A DNA stretch of 40,216 nt from the NCBI GenBank assembly GCA_041746255.1, contig JBGTHM010000118.1, positions 1-40,216 of the forward strand. Reading direction: 5' to 3'. The notes below the pieces were generated by a model. It did not search any database, had not been told where the DNA came from, and saw nothing but the letters and a program-made list of their open reading frames with translations. This DNA comes from Fibrobacteria bacterium. Lineage in GTDB: Bacteria > Fibrobacterota > Fibrobacteria > UBA11236. The position numbers were made by a program, and so were the translations under genes. Positions 1 through 9,336 of the stretch are shown piece by piece; the stretch's first letter is position 1, and each line of letters begins with the position of its first letter.

Positions 1-138
1 CCAAAATCCGTACCCAAAGTGACCGGCAATGAGTAACTTCTAATCGGTTGAAATCCGGTCCATGGTGACCGGCTATGACAAGGGTGGCTGTCGGTCACTT
101 TGAACCGGATCGCCCGGTCACTTTCACCGGATTCTGCA
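1..138. mobile_element. Terminal region of an IS21-family-like insertion sequence; the rest of the element and its transposase lie outside the window
   Basis: Ends in ...CACCGGATTCTGCA at 138, which reads TGCAGAATCCGGTGAAAGTGACCGG from the outside. GTGACCG(G) repeats occur at 16-26 and 62-72, and inverted at 91-101 and 114-124 (spacings 46 and 23 bp). TG/CA termini with multiple subterminal repeats are typical of IS21-family ends. The end coincides with the point where epimerase-like coding sequence begins. Confidence 0.72.
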
Positions 139-368
139 AAAGCAACTGTTCCATGCTGGAAGCCATTGATATTTGCCAGGAGGTTACCGGAAAAGAGATG
201 AAATTCAGCTATTCTGAAAACAATCGAAGTGGCGACCATATCTGGTATATCAGCGACCTTTCCAAATTCAAGCATCGCTACCCCACTTGGTCCCTTCGTT
301 ACGACGTCACCCAGATACTGCGGGAAATTTTCCATTTTAACGAGGAGAGGTGGATCAACGCCAAATGA
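139..368 (+). pseudogene. 3' remnant of an NAD-dependent sugar epimerase (CDP-paratose 2-epimerase/RfbE-like), interrupted by the IS end
   Basis: [20 protein letters not shown]...[20 protein letters not shown] matches the C-terminus of CDP-paratose/tyvelose epimerase-like SDRs. The expected upstream VYNIGG segment is replaced by IS repeat sequence. The ORF-track start at 75 lies inside the IS. Confidence 0.72.
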
Positions 369-443
369 TTTAAAGAGCCATGTTTTCTAAAAAACTACCA
401 TCCTCTCCCCGCTAAAACCTCCATCGCGGGCTTATGCGGATTA

Positions 444-3137
444 TCAGGGCGCGGCGGGAGCATGCATTTGTAAAATTCGAGCCGCCTCGCCGCGATTGGG
501 ATTCGCTTCCAGCAATGCGCGCAACAGTATCGGGCCCTCCGGTTTCTCCGCAGCCATGAAGGCAATGCCCAGCTTTATCAAGATATCGTATGGATAATCA
601 AATTCACTAGCCAAGGCGGTGCTTTGCAAGAGCATTACGATGGAGGAATTCAAATCTTCCTCTAATTCCGCCTTAATTGATGCCTTTAAAAACAGGTCCC
701 TCGCCTGATTCATCCGCCTGGTTCGCGTCAGATAGGCTTCCTTTTTTTCCGGATCCATTTTGACTTCAGGATACATCTGCTTTCCGTAGGCAGCGAAATC
801 CTTCATTAATTCGTCCAGGTTTCTAACTCCCCATCTATCAATCTTTTCATAATTGGCTTTCGGAGCCTCCCAGGTAACGACGGGTAAGTTATCCGTGTTG
901 AGTGGACCTTCGCCTGCCCATTTTTCCAACGTTTTGGGACCGGCCAAAAAATGGGCTAGGAAAACCGTTTCTTTGCCGAATAGGCTGGCGGGTTCCAGCA
1001 TTTCCCGGAGGTGCTCCTCTTTTAATCGACTTGCGAGTCTTTCATGATCCAGCGTCAACGGTTGTAGACTGCCTATCAAGCCGATAATAGGCGTAATGAC
1101 ATTATAGTTCGCCAATGTCAGCGTAGTATTGGGAAATACTTGCAAAAAGGTACGTGTGATGATTTTTAAAGTTTTCAAATCCAGTTGATACAGAGGTAAC
1201 CATTGGCAAAATAGTCCTGAAGCTTCACCTGTAAGAGTCGACCTCGACTGCAGTAGATTTTTTATCGCTTGAAAATGTTCGGAAGTATAGAGGGAGGCCG
1301 CTCCGTCCCGGGAGGGATGATAAATATCGGCGATGATGACATCGTAAACCGGAAGGCTGGTCTTGACGAACCTTCTAGCATCTCCCTGGATGACGTTTAG
1401 TTTCGGTTGTTGCGACAGCTGGTAATTAACCTCGTCAAAATAAGGCAAGAATTTGATGGCTTCGGGAACCAGTTCCACGCCATCAGCTTCCAAATGAGGG
1501 AAAACACTCGCCGCGCCCATGGTGACTCCCGGACCCAAACCCAAGAACAAAACTTTTTCGGGTTTAGGGTGCATTAAAATAGGAAGCGCCGCCATGTTAC
1601 GCGATGAAACGGCGCCATCGGTGCCTCCCATAATAAATTGATTGTTTACTTTGAGGTACAAATGGTTTTCGCTATCGGAGACTACGGCGACGGAAGCAAG
1701 AATTCCCTCCTGGTAATCAACGATACGGCCACCCGGTAAGGCAGTCACCAGTTTCAAGTTCAAAGGCGCGGTAACAAGGAATAGGGGTACCAATCCGACG
1801 GCATAGCCAATGCGGATGGATTTCAGCTTCGGGATTAACAGCAAATAACCTATCGAAACGATCAAAACGGAGACCTTTAAGCCCACGAAAGGAATTAGGA
1901 TGATTCCAAATAGAGGAGAGGCGACGAATCCGCCCAAGGTATTGACGGAAAATGCCTCTCCGATTCCGCCTTTTTCGTGTCGGGCTGCTTGGGCGAGCAG
2001 CGAAAAAATCATTCCCATTACCAGCGTAGGTAAAATGAAAACTATTCCTGCCAGGAATATTTCAGAAAAAAGTGCGCCGCTAAAGGATCGGCCCCAAACC
2101 GCTGTTCCCATGCCATAAATGGAATGCGCTTGTGAGAGGCCGATTATTCCCAAGAGGCAGAAACCCGAGAGAGCCAGTAACAGATTCGTCAATAACGCTT
2201 GCGAATCCTTATGTTGATTCAAAAATTTATGGTATAACCCCGCACCTATGGAAGTACCCAATAAATAAATAAACAAGGCGGAGGCGAAGGTATAGATGGT
2301 ATTTTCGAGTACTTGAACCAATGCCCTGATCACAATTACTTCATACGCGATTCCCAGAACACCCGTGCAGAAAAGCGTAGCGTAAATCCTGCTTTTGGCG
2401 AATCCGGATGGAGGCGTAATGAAGGGAGACGGTTGCTTTCTCTTTTTTGAGGCCGCCTTGTCGTTATTCGCAACAAGAAGCTTTGTTGCCGTTTTTTCTT
2501 CAGTATCCGGTACGGGTAACCCCCGTGCCATCGTCAGAAAAACGATAAGGCCGCTTACCACGTCAGCCACCGCCATGAGGTAAATGCTGTTCTGAAAACC
2601 CAAACGGGGCAACATGAGATGAATGGAAATCATGATTCCCAAGGCAGCGCCCAGAGTATTCACCGCATATAGGCCGGGCAAGGCCTTCTGATGGTGCTGT
2701 CGCCTTTGGGCCATTAATCTCTCAATTGCCGGCAAGGTCGCCCCCATTGAGGAAGTCGCTGGTAAAAGCAGAAACATGGGAACGAGAAAGGCCATGACCC
2801 AAAGGAGAAACGGTGACGGGGTTGGGCCTAATATGGAGTTGATAAAATCAATTGCGATTGGAATCAGGGGTATTGTGACTAACGACCAAATGCCCGCCGC
2901 TACCACAAAGCAGGAATACCAATAACCCGGATTTTTGGAAATGGATACCGGGCGATCCCAGACCCAGGCGCCGAGAGCCAATCCCGCGAAAAAGGCTCCG
3001 ATAACCGCTAACAGGGCCGGAATTTCGTGGCCCAAGCCCAATGCGAAAACCCGGGTCCACACAACTTGGTAACCCAGACCGGCAAATCCCGATAAAAAGA
3101 AAGCGGAATAAATCAGTTTTTCGGCGTGGGGGCGCAA
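444..3137 (-). CDS. Membrane-fused spermidine synthase-like protein (fused MFS/spermidine synthase family)
   Basis: Two repeated multi-TM blocks (FFLSGFAGLGYQVVWTR...MGATLP...LYAVNTLGAALG; TGVLGIAYEV...TLVMG...VNTLGG), then a SAM-dependent domain (VLFLGLGPGVT, GVELVPE, GDARRFV, YDVIIADIYHP, QWLPLY). TTG start with AGGA upstream. Confidence 0.85.
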   Translation of the reverse strand: MRPHAEKLIYSAFFLSGFAGLGYQVVWTRVFALGLGHEIPALLAVIGAFFAGLALGAWVWDRPVSISKNPGYWYSCFVVAAGIWSLVTIPLIPIAIDFINSILGPTPSPFLLWVMAFLVPMFLLLPATSSMGATLPAIERLMAQRRQHHQKALPGLYAVNTLGAALGIMISIHLMLPRLGFQNSIYLMAVADVVSGLIVFLTMARGLPVPDTEEKTATKLLVANNDKAASKKRKQPSPFITPPSGFAKSRIYATLFCTGVLGIAYEVIVIRALVQVLENTIYTFASALFIYLLGTSIGAGLYHKFLNQHKDSQALLTNLLLALSGFCLLGIIGLSQAHSIYGMGTAVWGRSFSGALFSEIFLAGIVFILPTLVMGMIFSLLAQAARHEKGGIGEAFSVNTLGGFVASPLFGIILIPFVGLKVSVLIVSIGYLLLIPKLKSIRIGYAVGLVPLFLVTAPLNLKLVTALPGGRIVDYQEGILASVAVVSDSENHLYLKVNNQFIMGGTDGAVSSRNMAALPILMHPKPEKVLFLGLGPGVTMGAASVFPHLEADGVELVPEAIKFLPYFDEVNYQLSQQPKLNVIQGDARRFVKTSLPVYDVIIADIYHPSRDGAASLYTSEHFQAIKNLLQSRSTLTGEASGLFCQWLPLYQLDLKTLKIITRTFLQVFPNTTLTLANYNVITPIIGLIGSLQPLTLDHERLASRLKEEHLREMLEPASLFGKETVFLAHFLAGPKTLEKWAGEGPLNTDNLPVVTWEAPKANYEKIDRWGVRNLDELMKDFAAYGKQMYPEVKMDPEKKEAYLTRTRRMNQARDLFLKASIKAELEEDLNSSIVMLLQSTALASEFDYPYDILIKLGIAFMAAEKPEGPILLRALLEANPNRGEAARILQMHAPAAP

Positions 3138-3241
3138 TTATCCGTCCTGAGTTGAGGGTAAATTGTTGCTGTGGTTTCGACGGAGAAAGGTACCTGCTTC
3201 ATCAAGCAATCAACGGATTTATTGAGCAAACAGAAAGTAAT

Positions 3242-3301
3242 CTATTCCAAAAAGTAATAAATGGATTGAGCCGAAATATCCTTCCTTTTAGTGCGTGACA
3301 T
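3242..3301 (-). CDS. Candidate 19-aa small ORF / leader peptide MSRTKRKDISAQSIYYFLE
   Basis: ATG at 3301 is preceded by a perfect AAGGAGG (3311-3317, 9-nt spacer). The ORF ends ~105 bp upstream of the spermidine synthase-like gene on the same strand. Confidence 0.35.
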   Translation of the reverse strand: MSRTKRKDISAQSIYYFLE

Positions 3302-3385
3302 AATCGGGGGCCTCCTTACTGGCCTCACCTCCAATTTACAGATCAACATCGCCCACCGTCCCAATGGGGTTGGCCCAAAATCCGG

Positions 3386-3411
3386 TATTTGTTTCCATCC
3401 GGAAACAAATA
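3386..3411. promoter_or_regulatory. Perfect 11-bp inverted repeat, candidate operator (TGT-N12-ACA core)
   Basis: TATTTGTTTCC-ATCC-GGAAACAAATA lies in a divergent intergenic region. A related copy is at 7768-7792. Confidence 0.55.
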
Positions 3412-3641
3412 AACCCGAGATCCATAGGCGAAAAATGTCCTTCCGGATCATATTAACAGCGGATGATAACGTTGTTCGATATCGAACTGGGAAGAATGGG
3501 ACAAAGGGTTACAAGCCGTGTAAATACGGGGCGAAGCTCGTGTAAGGTAGGCCTCGGGTGGTTATGAATATGTGGACTATGCTATTTGTATTTGCTTTCG
3601 GGATGCTGAAGGAATTTAACACTTCGTCCGCGCGGATTTTT

Positions 3642-4733
3642 ATGCAGGTTGTTAATATCAAATTTTCAGTCCTACTGTTTTTCATTACCTTCATGGCCTG
3701 CAGGCCGGGTTTCGGGGAGGAGTTCTTCACTCAAATCGGCGAAGACCCAACTTGGGAAACGATTATGAAGGATAAATTAATCCCCATAGGGTCCAATTCC
3801 ACGGCTGGAATCAAGGGTTCAAAAATTGATGTCAAGAATGAAATATTTCATAAACTCACCTATGGGAAATATGACTTCACCCAGGATATCCGAATCCATA
3901 CCGTGGGTAACAGCCAAATACAACGTCCTGACTTTGAGAAATGGTCCCGCTGGTATCAGGAGGACGGCAACACCCAGGTTTTCAGAATGCACAAGGGAGA
4001 ACGCAACGTGCGGGGCACCCGGGCTGGGACGCCTGCAGGGCGCGTGGAAGCGTTCGGAAACCATACCTGGGGTAAGGGCGCTTGGCAGGAATGGGTGGGT
4101 ACTTACACCATTGTAAAACCCGAGGGTTGCGTAGGGCCGCATTATTGCAGCATTTTGCAAGTGAAAGACCCCGTGCAACAATGGGCCATCATGATCCGTT
4201 TGAAGGATAACGGGGATATTGTGATTTCCAACGATAAAAAAGAAAGCCCCATGAAACCCATCGCTTCCAACATGAAGGGAAAACATTTCGACCTGCGGGT
4301 AAGGGACAACGGCCATAACTACCAGGTTTTTTTCAACGAGAAACTCGTGAACGAGGGTAGTTTTTCCCGCAGCTCGAAGACTGCGTTTCGTTGGGGGCTT
4401 TACCTGGGCAGGAGCCTCCCCACCGCTGAGGCCATGATTTTCGTTACCGGAGCCACCATTAATCCCCAAAGTAACGCCAAACCCCTTTCGATTGCACACC
4501 CGACTTACCAAGTCCGCCCTGGATTGCAATCGACTTCGCGTGGCATGGTTTTGAATTCCCATCGCTATCCCGCGGAAATCGCCATTTTCGACATGCAGGG
4601 TGGCTTGGTCTGGCAACGGCAGGTGATGCAGCCCCAGGAGATGGCTGCAATTGGACTGCCATCGGGAGGATATATTGCGGAGATTAAAACGCCGGATGCC
4701 CGTCATCGGTTTCCAGTGCCATCCCTATGGTAA
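3642..4733 (+). CDS. Secreted polysaccharide lyase-like protein (PL7-like beta-jelly roll) with T9SS-like C-terminal domain
   Basis: Signal peptide from ATG 3642 (ORF track begins at 3558). RVE, ILQVK and FRWGLY segments are ordered like the PL7 RxE, QIH and YFKxGxY regions. C-terminus AIFDMQG...LPSGGYI. Confidence 0.6.
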   Translation: MQVVNIKFSVLLFFITFMACRPGFGEEFFTQIGEDPTWETIMKDKLIPIGSNSTAGIKGSKIDVKNEIFHKLTYGKYDFTQDIRIHTVGNSQIQRPDFEKWSRWYQEDGNTQVFRMHKGERNVRGTRAGTPAGRVEAFGNHTWGKGAWQEWVGTYTIVKPEGCVGPHYCSILQVKDPVQQWAIMIRLKDNGDIVISNDKKESPMKPIASNMKGKHFDLRVRDNGHNYQVFFNEKLVNEGSFSRSSKTAFRWGLYLGRSLPTAEAMIFVTGATINPQSNAKPLSIAHPTYQVRPGLQSTSRGMVLNSHRYPAEIAIFDMQGGLVWQRQVMQPQEMAAIGLPSGGYIAEIKTPDARHRFPVPSLW

Positions 4734-4796
4734 CTTCTATTCTATAGATTGTTCCTGTTTCTAGATTAAAAGCGTCGTCCCTCAAAATGGAGTGCC

Positions 4797-6518
4797 ATGC
4801 CGTATCTACTTTTCTTTCTCTCACTTTGTTTTATCTCCATCCCCGCACATAGTCTAAAAACCCGCCTCATCATCCTGGCCGATATGGGTAACGAGCCTGA
4901 TGAGGAGCAGCAGATGATGCATATGCTCATGTATGCCAATATGTTTGATTTGGAGGGATTGATTGCCGTTTCCGGCCAGCATCTTCAGGCGGGAAAGTCC
5001 GGAAGAAAGGGAAGTTTGCATCCCGATCTTTTCCTGAAATTAATCGACGGATACGCTAAAGTTCATGACAATTTGAAAACCCATGCGGATGGATGGCCCG
5101 ATCCGGAGTATTTGCGGAGTATCGTTAAACCGGGAACCCTGGAGTTCGGCATTAACGGGGTGGGAAAGGGTCGCTCTACCCCCGGTTCCGACCTTATCAA
5201 GGCGGCTATCTTAAAGGAAGACTCCCGTAAGCTTTATATTGTGGGCAATGCCGGCACGAATTCGCTGGCTCAGGCCTTGGTCGATTTGCAGGAAACGCGC
5301 ACAGCCACACAGATGGGTGTTCTGTGCCGGAAAATCATCGTATTCGAGAACGGCGCCCAGGACAATGCAGGCGCGTGGATTATGGGTAAGTATCCCGAGA
5401 TTGCCTGGCACCGAAGTAATAATCAAACTTACAGCTATGGGGGCCCGGGCAAGGGAGTCGAAGTGGAGGGCCCCTACGTATGGGAACCGTATGCGAGAAC
5501 CGCCATTGGCCAGCATGCCTGGGCTGATGAACACATTGTAAAAAACCATGGGGCCCTGGGCGCACTCTATCCCAGCCGTTTGAATAATCCCGATAAATAC
5601 ATCGAGGGTGGCGGCACCATTCCCTGGACCAATCTCGCGACCCCCGGTCTTTCCCATCCGGAGCATTTATACTGGGGTGGTTGGAGCGGCCGGTTTTCTA
5701 GGATTCGCCAGAAAAATGTTTACTCCAAATACGCCAACATCAAGCAGGATGAACAGAAATATCCGGATTTCTTTATGTTCCAATCCGATTCGGAACGGGA
5801 AACCTGGACCGATCCGATACATAAGGACGTCTTCGAAAGTTTTAATGTGCCGGTATGGCGCTTCCGCAGGGCCATGTGGAATGATTTCCGTGCCCGGATG
5901 GACTGGTGCGTGAAACCTTTCGGCCAAGCCAACCATAATCCCGTGGCGGCCGTCAATGGCGATACCACGAATACGATACTGCATATGCAAGCCATGCCGG
6001 GCGCGGAGATGAGCTTCGACGCCTCCGCTTCCACCGATCCGGATGGTGATAAACTCGCCTTCGATTGGTGGATATATCCTGAAGCCGGCACCTATAAAAA
6101 TTCGATCCCTGTTTCACAACCCAAGAACCCCTCTACCGCAATAACGATTCCCAAGGACGCACTCGGCAAGGAAATCCATCTCATTCTGGAAGTTCGGGAT
6201 GAAAGCCCCATCATTCCCATGTATGCTTATCGACGCATTGTCATCAATGTTGTGGAAAAGGTTACGGATATAAACCGGAAAGCCCCGCAAGCCGGCTCGA
6301 GACTGCTCACTTCTTTCCCTCACGGCGGGGTACAGACCTTCAAAAACTTTGGAGAACACCTCATTTCCGTCTCCTTGCACGGCTTATCGGGAAAAACAGA
6401 GTTGGATTTTTCATTAAGCGCGGGTCAAATCCAATCGACCAATCTTCCCAGCGGGGTGTATGCCATATCGGTTTCCGACGCATCACAGCGAAGGAATTGG
6501 ACCATCGCCATTCCCTGA
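4797..6518 (+). CDS. Secreted DUF1593 (nucleoside hydrolase-like, Sde_0182-type) protein with Ig/PKD-like domain and T9SS-like C-terminal domain
   Basis: Signal peptide; [54 protein letters not shown]...[30 protein letters not shown]; terminal LSGK...LPSGVYAI. Confidence 0.85.
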   Translation: MPYLLFFLSLCFISIPAHSLKTRLIILADMGNEPDEEQQMMHMLMYANMFDLEGLIAVSGQHLQAGKSGRKGSLHPDLFLKLIDGYAKVHDNLKTHADGWPDPEYLRSIVKPGTLEFGINGVGKGRSTPGSDLIKAAILKEDSRKLYIVGNAGTNSLAQALVDLQETRTATQMGVLCRKIIVFENGAQDNAGAWIMGKYPEIAWHRSNNQTYSYGGPGKGVEVEGPYVWEPYARTAIGQHAWADEHIVKNHGALGALYPSRLNNPDKYIEGGGTIPWTNLATPGLSHPEHLYWGGWSGRFSRIRQKNVYSKYANIKQDEQKYPDFFMFQSDSERETWTDPIHKDVFESFNVPVWRFRRAMWNDFRARMDWCVKPFGQANHNPVAAVNGDTTNTILHMQAMPGAEMSFDASASTDPDGDKLAFDWWIYPEAGTYKNSIPVSQPKNPSTAITIPKDALGKEIHLILEVRDESPIIPMYAYRRIVINVVEKVTDINRKAPQAGSRLLTSFPHGGVQTFKNFGEHLISVSLHGLSGKTELDFSLSAGQIQSTNLPSGVYAISVSDASQRRNWTIAIP

Positions 6519-6551
6519 CGGGATTATCATTCGACCGGTGAAGTTTCCGGT

Positions 6552-7691
6552 CTAAATGCCAATCAATTTTTCCGTCGTTTCGAATCCATTGGCATGGCGA
6601 CGGTGGATGAAGTACAGCTTATTGCTGACCAGATGTAAACCCACCTCCGTATTCCCTGCGGAATAAGACCCCAGGATTTTGCCTTGCGCGGTAAACACCG
6701 TCATGCTGACCCATTCGCTCTGAGCGGGGATGCTAAGCTTCCCGTCCCTTAAGCTGTAATGGAAGTCAGGTCCATGAGTCGAACCTGCACCTGCCTGCCT
6801 TCGGATTGGCAAGGAAACCATTTTTTTACTGGGGCAATCGACCCACACTTTGAAATCGTCAAAGAAAATATACTGATCCTTTTTGGGCGCAAATGAGGAC
6901 ACGGAACTACCTCCGACATAGTTGGTCCAATAGGCGAAACGAATGGTTGCATCGGCTTCGGTAATTAATTTGATGTTGTTACGCTCGAGTACCAGGTTAT
7001 CATCCACATAAATCCGCATTTTGCTGTTTTTCTGGTTGGCCTGCCCCAGTTCCAATTCCTGACGGATGGTATACCAGACATCCGATTTCAGCTCCAGCTT
7101 ATTCGCAGGTTTCTGAGGATCCATCCAATACCAGTTTCCTCCACATCTGGACGTATTCTCCGGCCAGTAGGGATAGGCAATCATGGTCCCGTCCTGATGC
7201 CACATGAGGCGCGTGGAAAAGTTTTTTTGCTGATTCTGATGATCGGTGCAACCGGCCACGCATTGTCCGCCTCCGCAGAGGCCCGGCAGCTTACCTCCCT
7301 TAGTCCATTCAAACCCTTTCTCGAATTTGACGCGGTATTCCATAATCGTTGCTTTTGAGGGTTTGATAGGATTGATCCAAGTGAATCCCGATGCCCAGCC
7401 CAAGATTTGTCCCTTGGGAAAAAATGCCCTTAATACCCCTTCCCCCACTTTCGTCGTCTTCTTGCTGGTACAATTATTTTCGTTCGCCTTATCGCCTCCT
7501 TCGAGGCATTTCACGAGCCCGGTGGATGGCCCGAAATCCTTTTCCATCATGGATTTGGAATAATTTTGCCAATCTCCGGAATATGCATTGAAATTCTGGT
7601 TTTGCACAAGTTCACAGGATTGCGAAAATGCGATGCGAGGCGCCAAGATTACCAGTGTAAGAATAGCAAGAGAGATGCTTCGAAAAACCAT
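6552..7691 (-). CDS. Secreted polysaccharide lyase family 14-like protein with T9SS-like C-terminal domain
   Basis: YRVKFEKGFEWTKGGKLPGLCGG, FSTRLMW and YVGG motifs are typical of PL14-like proteins. ATG 7691 follows GGAGG and starts a signal peptide (ORF track start 7706). Terminal VFTAQGK...LYFI. Confidence 0.78.
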   Translation of the reverse strand: MVFRSISLAILTLVILAPRIAFSQSCELVQNQNFNAYSGDWQNYSKSMMEKDFGPSTGLVKCLEGGDKANENNCTSKKTTKVGEGVLRAFFPKGQILGWASGFTWINPIKPSKATIMEYRVKFEKGFEWTKGGKLPGLCGGGQCVAGCTDHQNQQKNFSTRLMWHQDGTMIAYPYWPENTSRCGGNWYWMDPQKPANKLELKSDVWYTIRQELELGQANQKNSKMRIYVDDNLVLERNNIKLITEADATIRFAYWTNYVGGSSVSSFAPKKDQYIFFDDFKVWVDCPSKKMVSLPIRRQAGAGSTHGPDFHYSLRDGKLSIPAQSEWVSMTVFTAQGKILGSYSAGNTEVGLHLVSNKLYFIHRRHANGFETTEKLIGI

Positions 7692-7767
7692 GGGACCTCC
7701 TCGCATCTCGACGATGCCTATAGGTAATATTGCGCAGGCCCTGGTTTTTAACCTTAATTAACATGAA

Positions 7768-7792
7768 AAAATGTTCCTCAAAGGAAACAAAT
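7768..7792. promoter_or_regulatory. Second, imperfect copy of the candidate operator, upstream of the PL14-like gene
   Basis: AAAATGTTCCT-CAAA-GGAAACAAAT has the same right arm (GGAAACAAAT) and the same TGT-N12-ACA spacing as 3386-3411. Confidence 0.45.
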
Positions 7793-7953
7793 CTCGGCAT
7801 GAACGATACACAAATTCAAAAGTTCAAAGCATGGATCACCCCATTTTTGGCCTTCCGTTCGGCAGGCTTTGCAACGGGTGATTTTAAAAAAACGCGTATC
7901 CCCTCGCAGAGTTATATTTGCCGTCGCCTCTCCCCCTTCCAAAGGAGCCAGCT

Positions 7954-8484
7954 ATGCATCAATACCTGAATCGGCTCATCCGAGCCATAAAGTTGGAGCC
8001 CGCCCTTTTTGAGGAGGTCGAGGCCGACACCAAGGCCCTACCCCAGGCCTTAGCCACCGTGGTGCTTTCCAGCATCGCCGCGGGCTTCGCGGTTTCAATT
8101 GGCGGTGGCTTAACCGGTTGGTTCGTGAATGTCATCGGAGCCCTGTTAAGCTGGTTCGTGTGGGCTTTTCTCACCTATTGGATCGGAACCAAGCTCATGC
8201 CCGAACCCACCACGAAATCGGACCTGGGCGAATTGCTTCGCTGTACCGGATTTTCCGCGGCTCCGGGGATTTTTCAAGTGGTGGGAATTATTCCCGGCTT
8301 GGGCACAATTGCCCGCATCGTCGCCAGCCTCTGGATGCTCATCGCCTTCGTCATCGCCGTTCGCCAGGCGCTCGATTATACCAGTACCTGGCGCGCCGTC
8401 GGAGTATGCCTGGTAGGCTGGTCATTGATGGTGTTGGTGAATATCCTGGTTTTCTTCTTCACCTTCGGGCAGTTTACGCTATAA
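7954..8484 (+). CDS. YIP1-family membrane protein
   Basis: LFEEVEAD..A..QAL..V, ELLR.TGFS.APG and AVRQALDY.ST.RAV pattern with ~5 TM segments. AAGGAG precedes ATG 7954 (ORF track start 7918). Confidence 0.8.
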   Translation: MHQYLNRLIRAIKLEPALFEEVEADTKALPQALATVVLSSIAAGFAVSIGGGLTGWFVNVIGALLSWFVWAFLTYWIGTKLMPEPTTKSDLGELLRCTGFSAAPGIFQVVGIIPGLGTIARIVASLWMLIAFVIAVRQALDYTSTWRAVGVCLVGWSLMVLVNILVFFFTFGQFTL

Positions 8485-9225
8485 GTGGTCGCCGGGAGTC
8501 GTGCCCGGGTCTCCGATTTCTTTGAGCAAGGATTCCACGGCATCGTCTTTGCCCAGAAAAACCAGGCGCTCCGCCATTTCATTGAGTCCCAACCGCAAAG
8601 CGTGGAAGCTTTCCCCCAGGTTCGACAGCAATTCTCCCATTTGATATTGCTCGGCCCAATAGCCATCCCCCGCCGCCCGATATTGGGCGCTACCGAGCTC
8701 TTCGTAAAAACTCAAGGGGGGAGCCGCCCTACGCTCGACGCGGTACTCCACGTTACGGTGGAATAAACCGCAACGGAACAGGGCGTAATTCCCAATATGT
8801 GCCTGCATGGCAAAGCGGTCTCGACCGGCCAAACGCTCCACCGTAGCCAACATTTCAAAAAGATATTCCTGTGGCGTGTTTCGTTCTCCCGGAACCTTTT
8901 GGCGCATCTGATCCGCCAAAAGATACTCCGCCAACAAAGAGGCGACATAGTCGGCCAGGTTACGGTCGACAAGTCCACTCTTGACGAAAACGTGACGAAC
9001 CAAAATGTAGAAGTAGAATTGCACGGATACTTGCAGGCATCGCCGTATTTCCAGCATGGCCTGCACCAGCTCCACTTTATCCAGCAGGGCATCCCGCATC
9101 TCCTCGTCCTGCAGAATGCGGAACAAACCGGTCGCAGGCTTATCTTCCGGATTTAACACGGAAACCACAAACCCATAATCCGAGAGGGTGAATTGGCTGC
9201 GGCAATTGGCGCGAATAACCTTCAT
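8479..9225 (-). CDS. Hypothetical cytoplasmic helical protein
   Basis: Long ORF with AAGGAGAGG upstream of ATG 9225 (ORF track start 9306). Motif-like segments LADYVASLL and HIGNYALF..GLF. No function recognised. Confidence 0.75.
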   Translation of the reverse strand: MKVIRANCRSQFTLSDYGFVVSVLNPEDKPATGLFRILQDEEMRDALLDKVELVQAMLEIRRCLQVSVQFYFYILVRHVFVKSGLVDRNLADYVASLLAEYLLADQMRQKVPGERNTPQEYLFEMLATVERLAGRDRFAMQAHIGNYALFRCGLFHRNVEYRVERRAAPPLSFYEELGSAQYRAAGDGYWAEQYQMGELLSNLGESFHALRLGLNEMAERLVFLGKDDAVESLLKEIGDPGTTPGDHL

Positions 9226-9336
9226 AAGGGCAAACCTCTCCTTATTTATCGTCCAAATTGGGGGAAAAATCAAGTATTCCCGAAAATGGGCTAGGAAAAG
9301 GGCCAAATTAGGCGAAAAAGGCGACTTCTTAGTTTG

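Noticed and set aside
1..138. CRISPR or iteron array
   Set aside because: The repeats are short, degenerate and in both orientations, with no unique spacers of constant length. The TG/CA terminus and gene interruption fit an IS end better.
75..368. 97-aa ORF as an intact gene
   Set aside because: Its first ~21 codons are IS-end repeats; only the part after 138 resembles a protein family.
3474..3487. Perfect 14-bp palindrome GTTCGATATCGAAC
   Set aside because: Single occurrence, no second copy noticed and no motif I can assign; it may be chance.
3819..4706. 295-aa antisense ORF, and similar long antisense ORFs such as 31440-32351, 25919-26575 and 39049-39741
   Set aside because: They lie opposite genes with clear family motifs and have no recognisable motifs; they are typical shadow ORFs.
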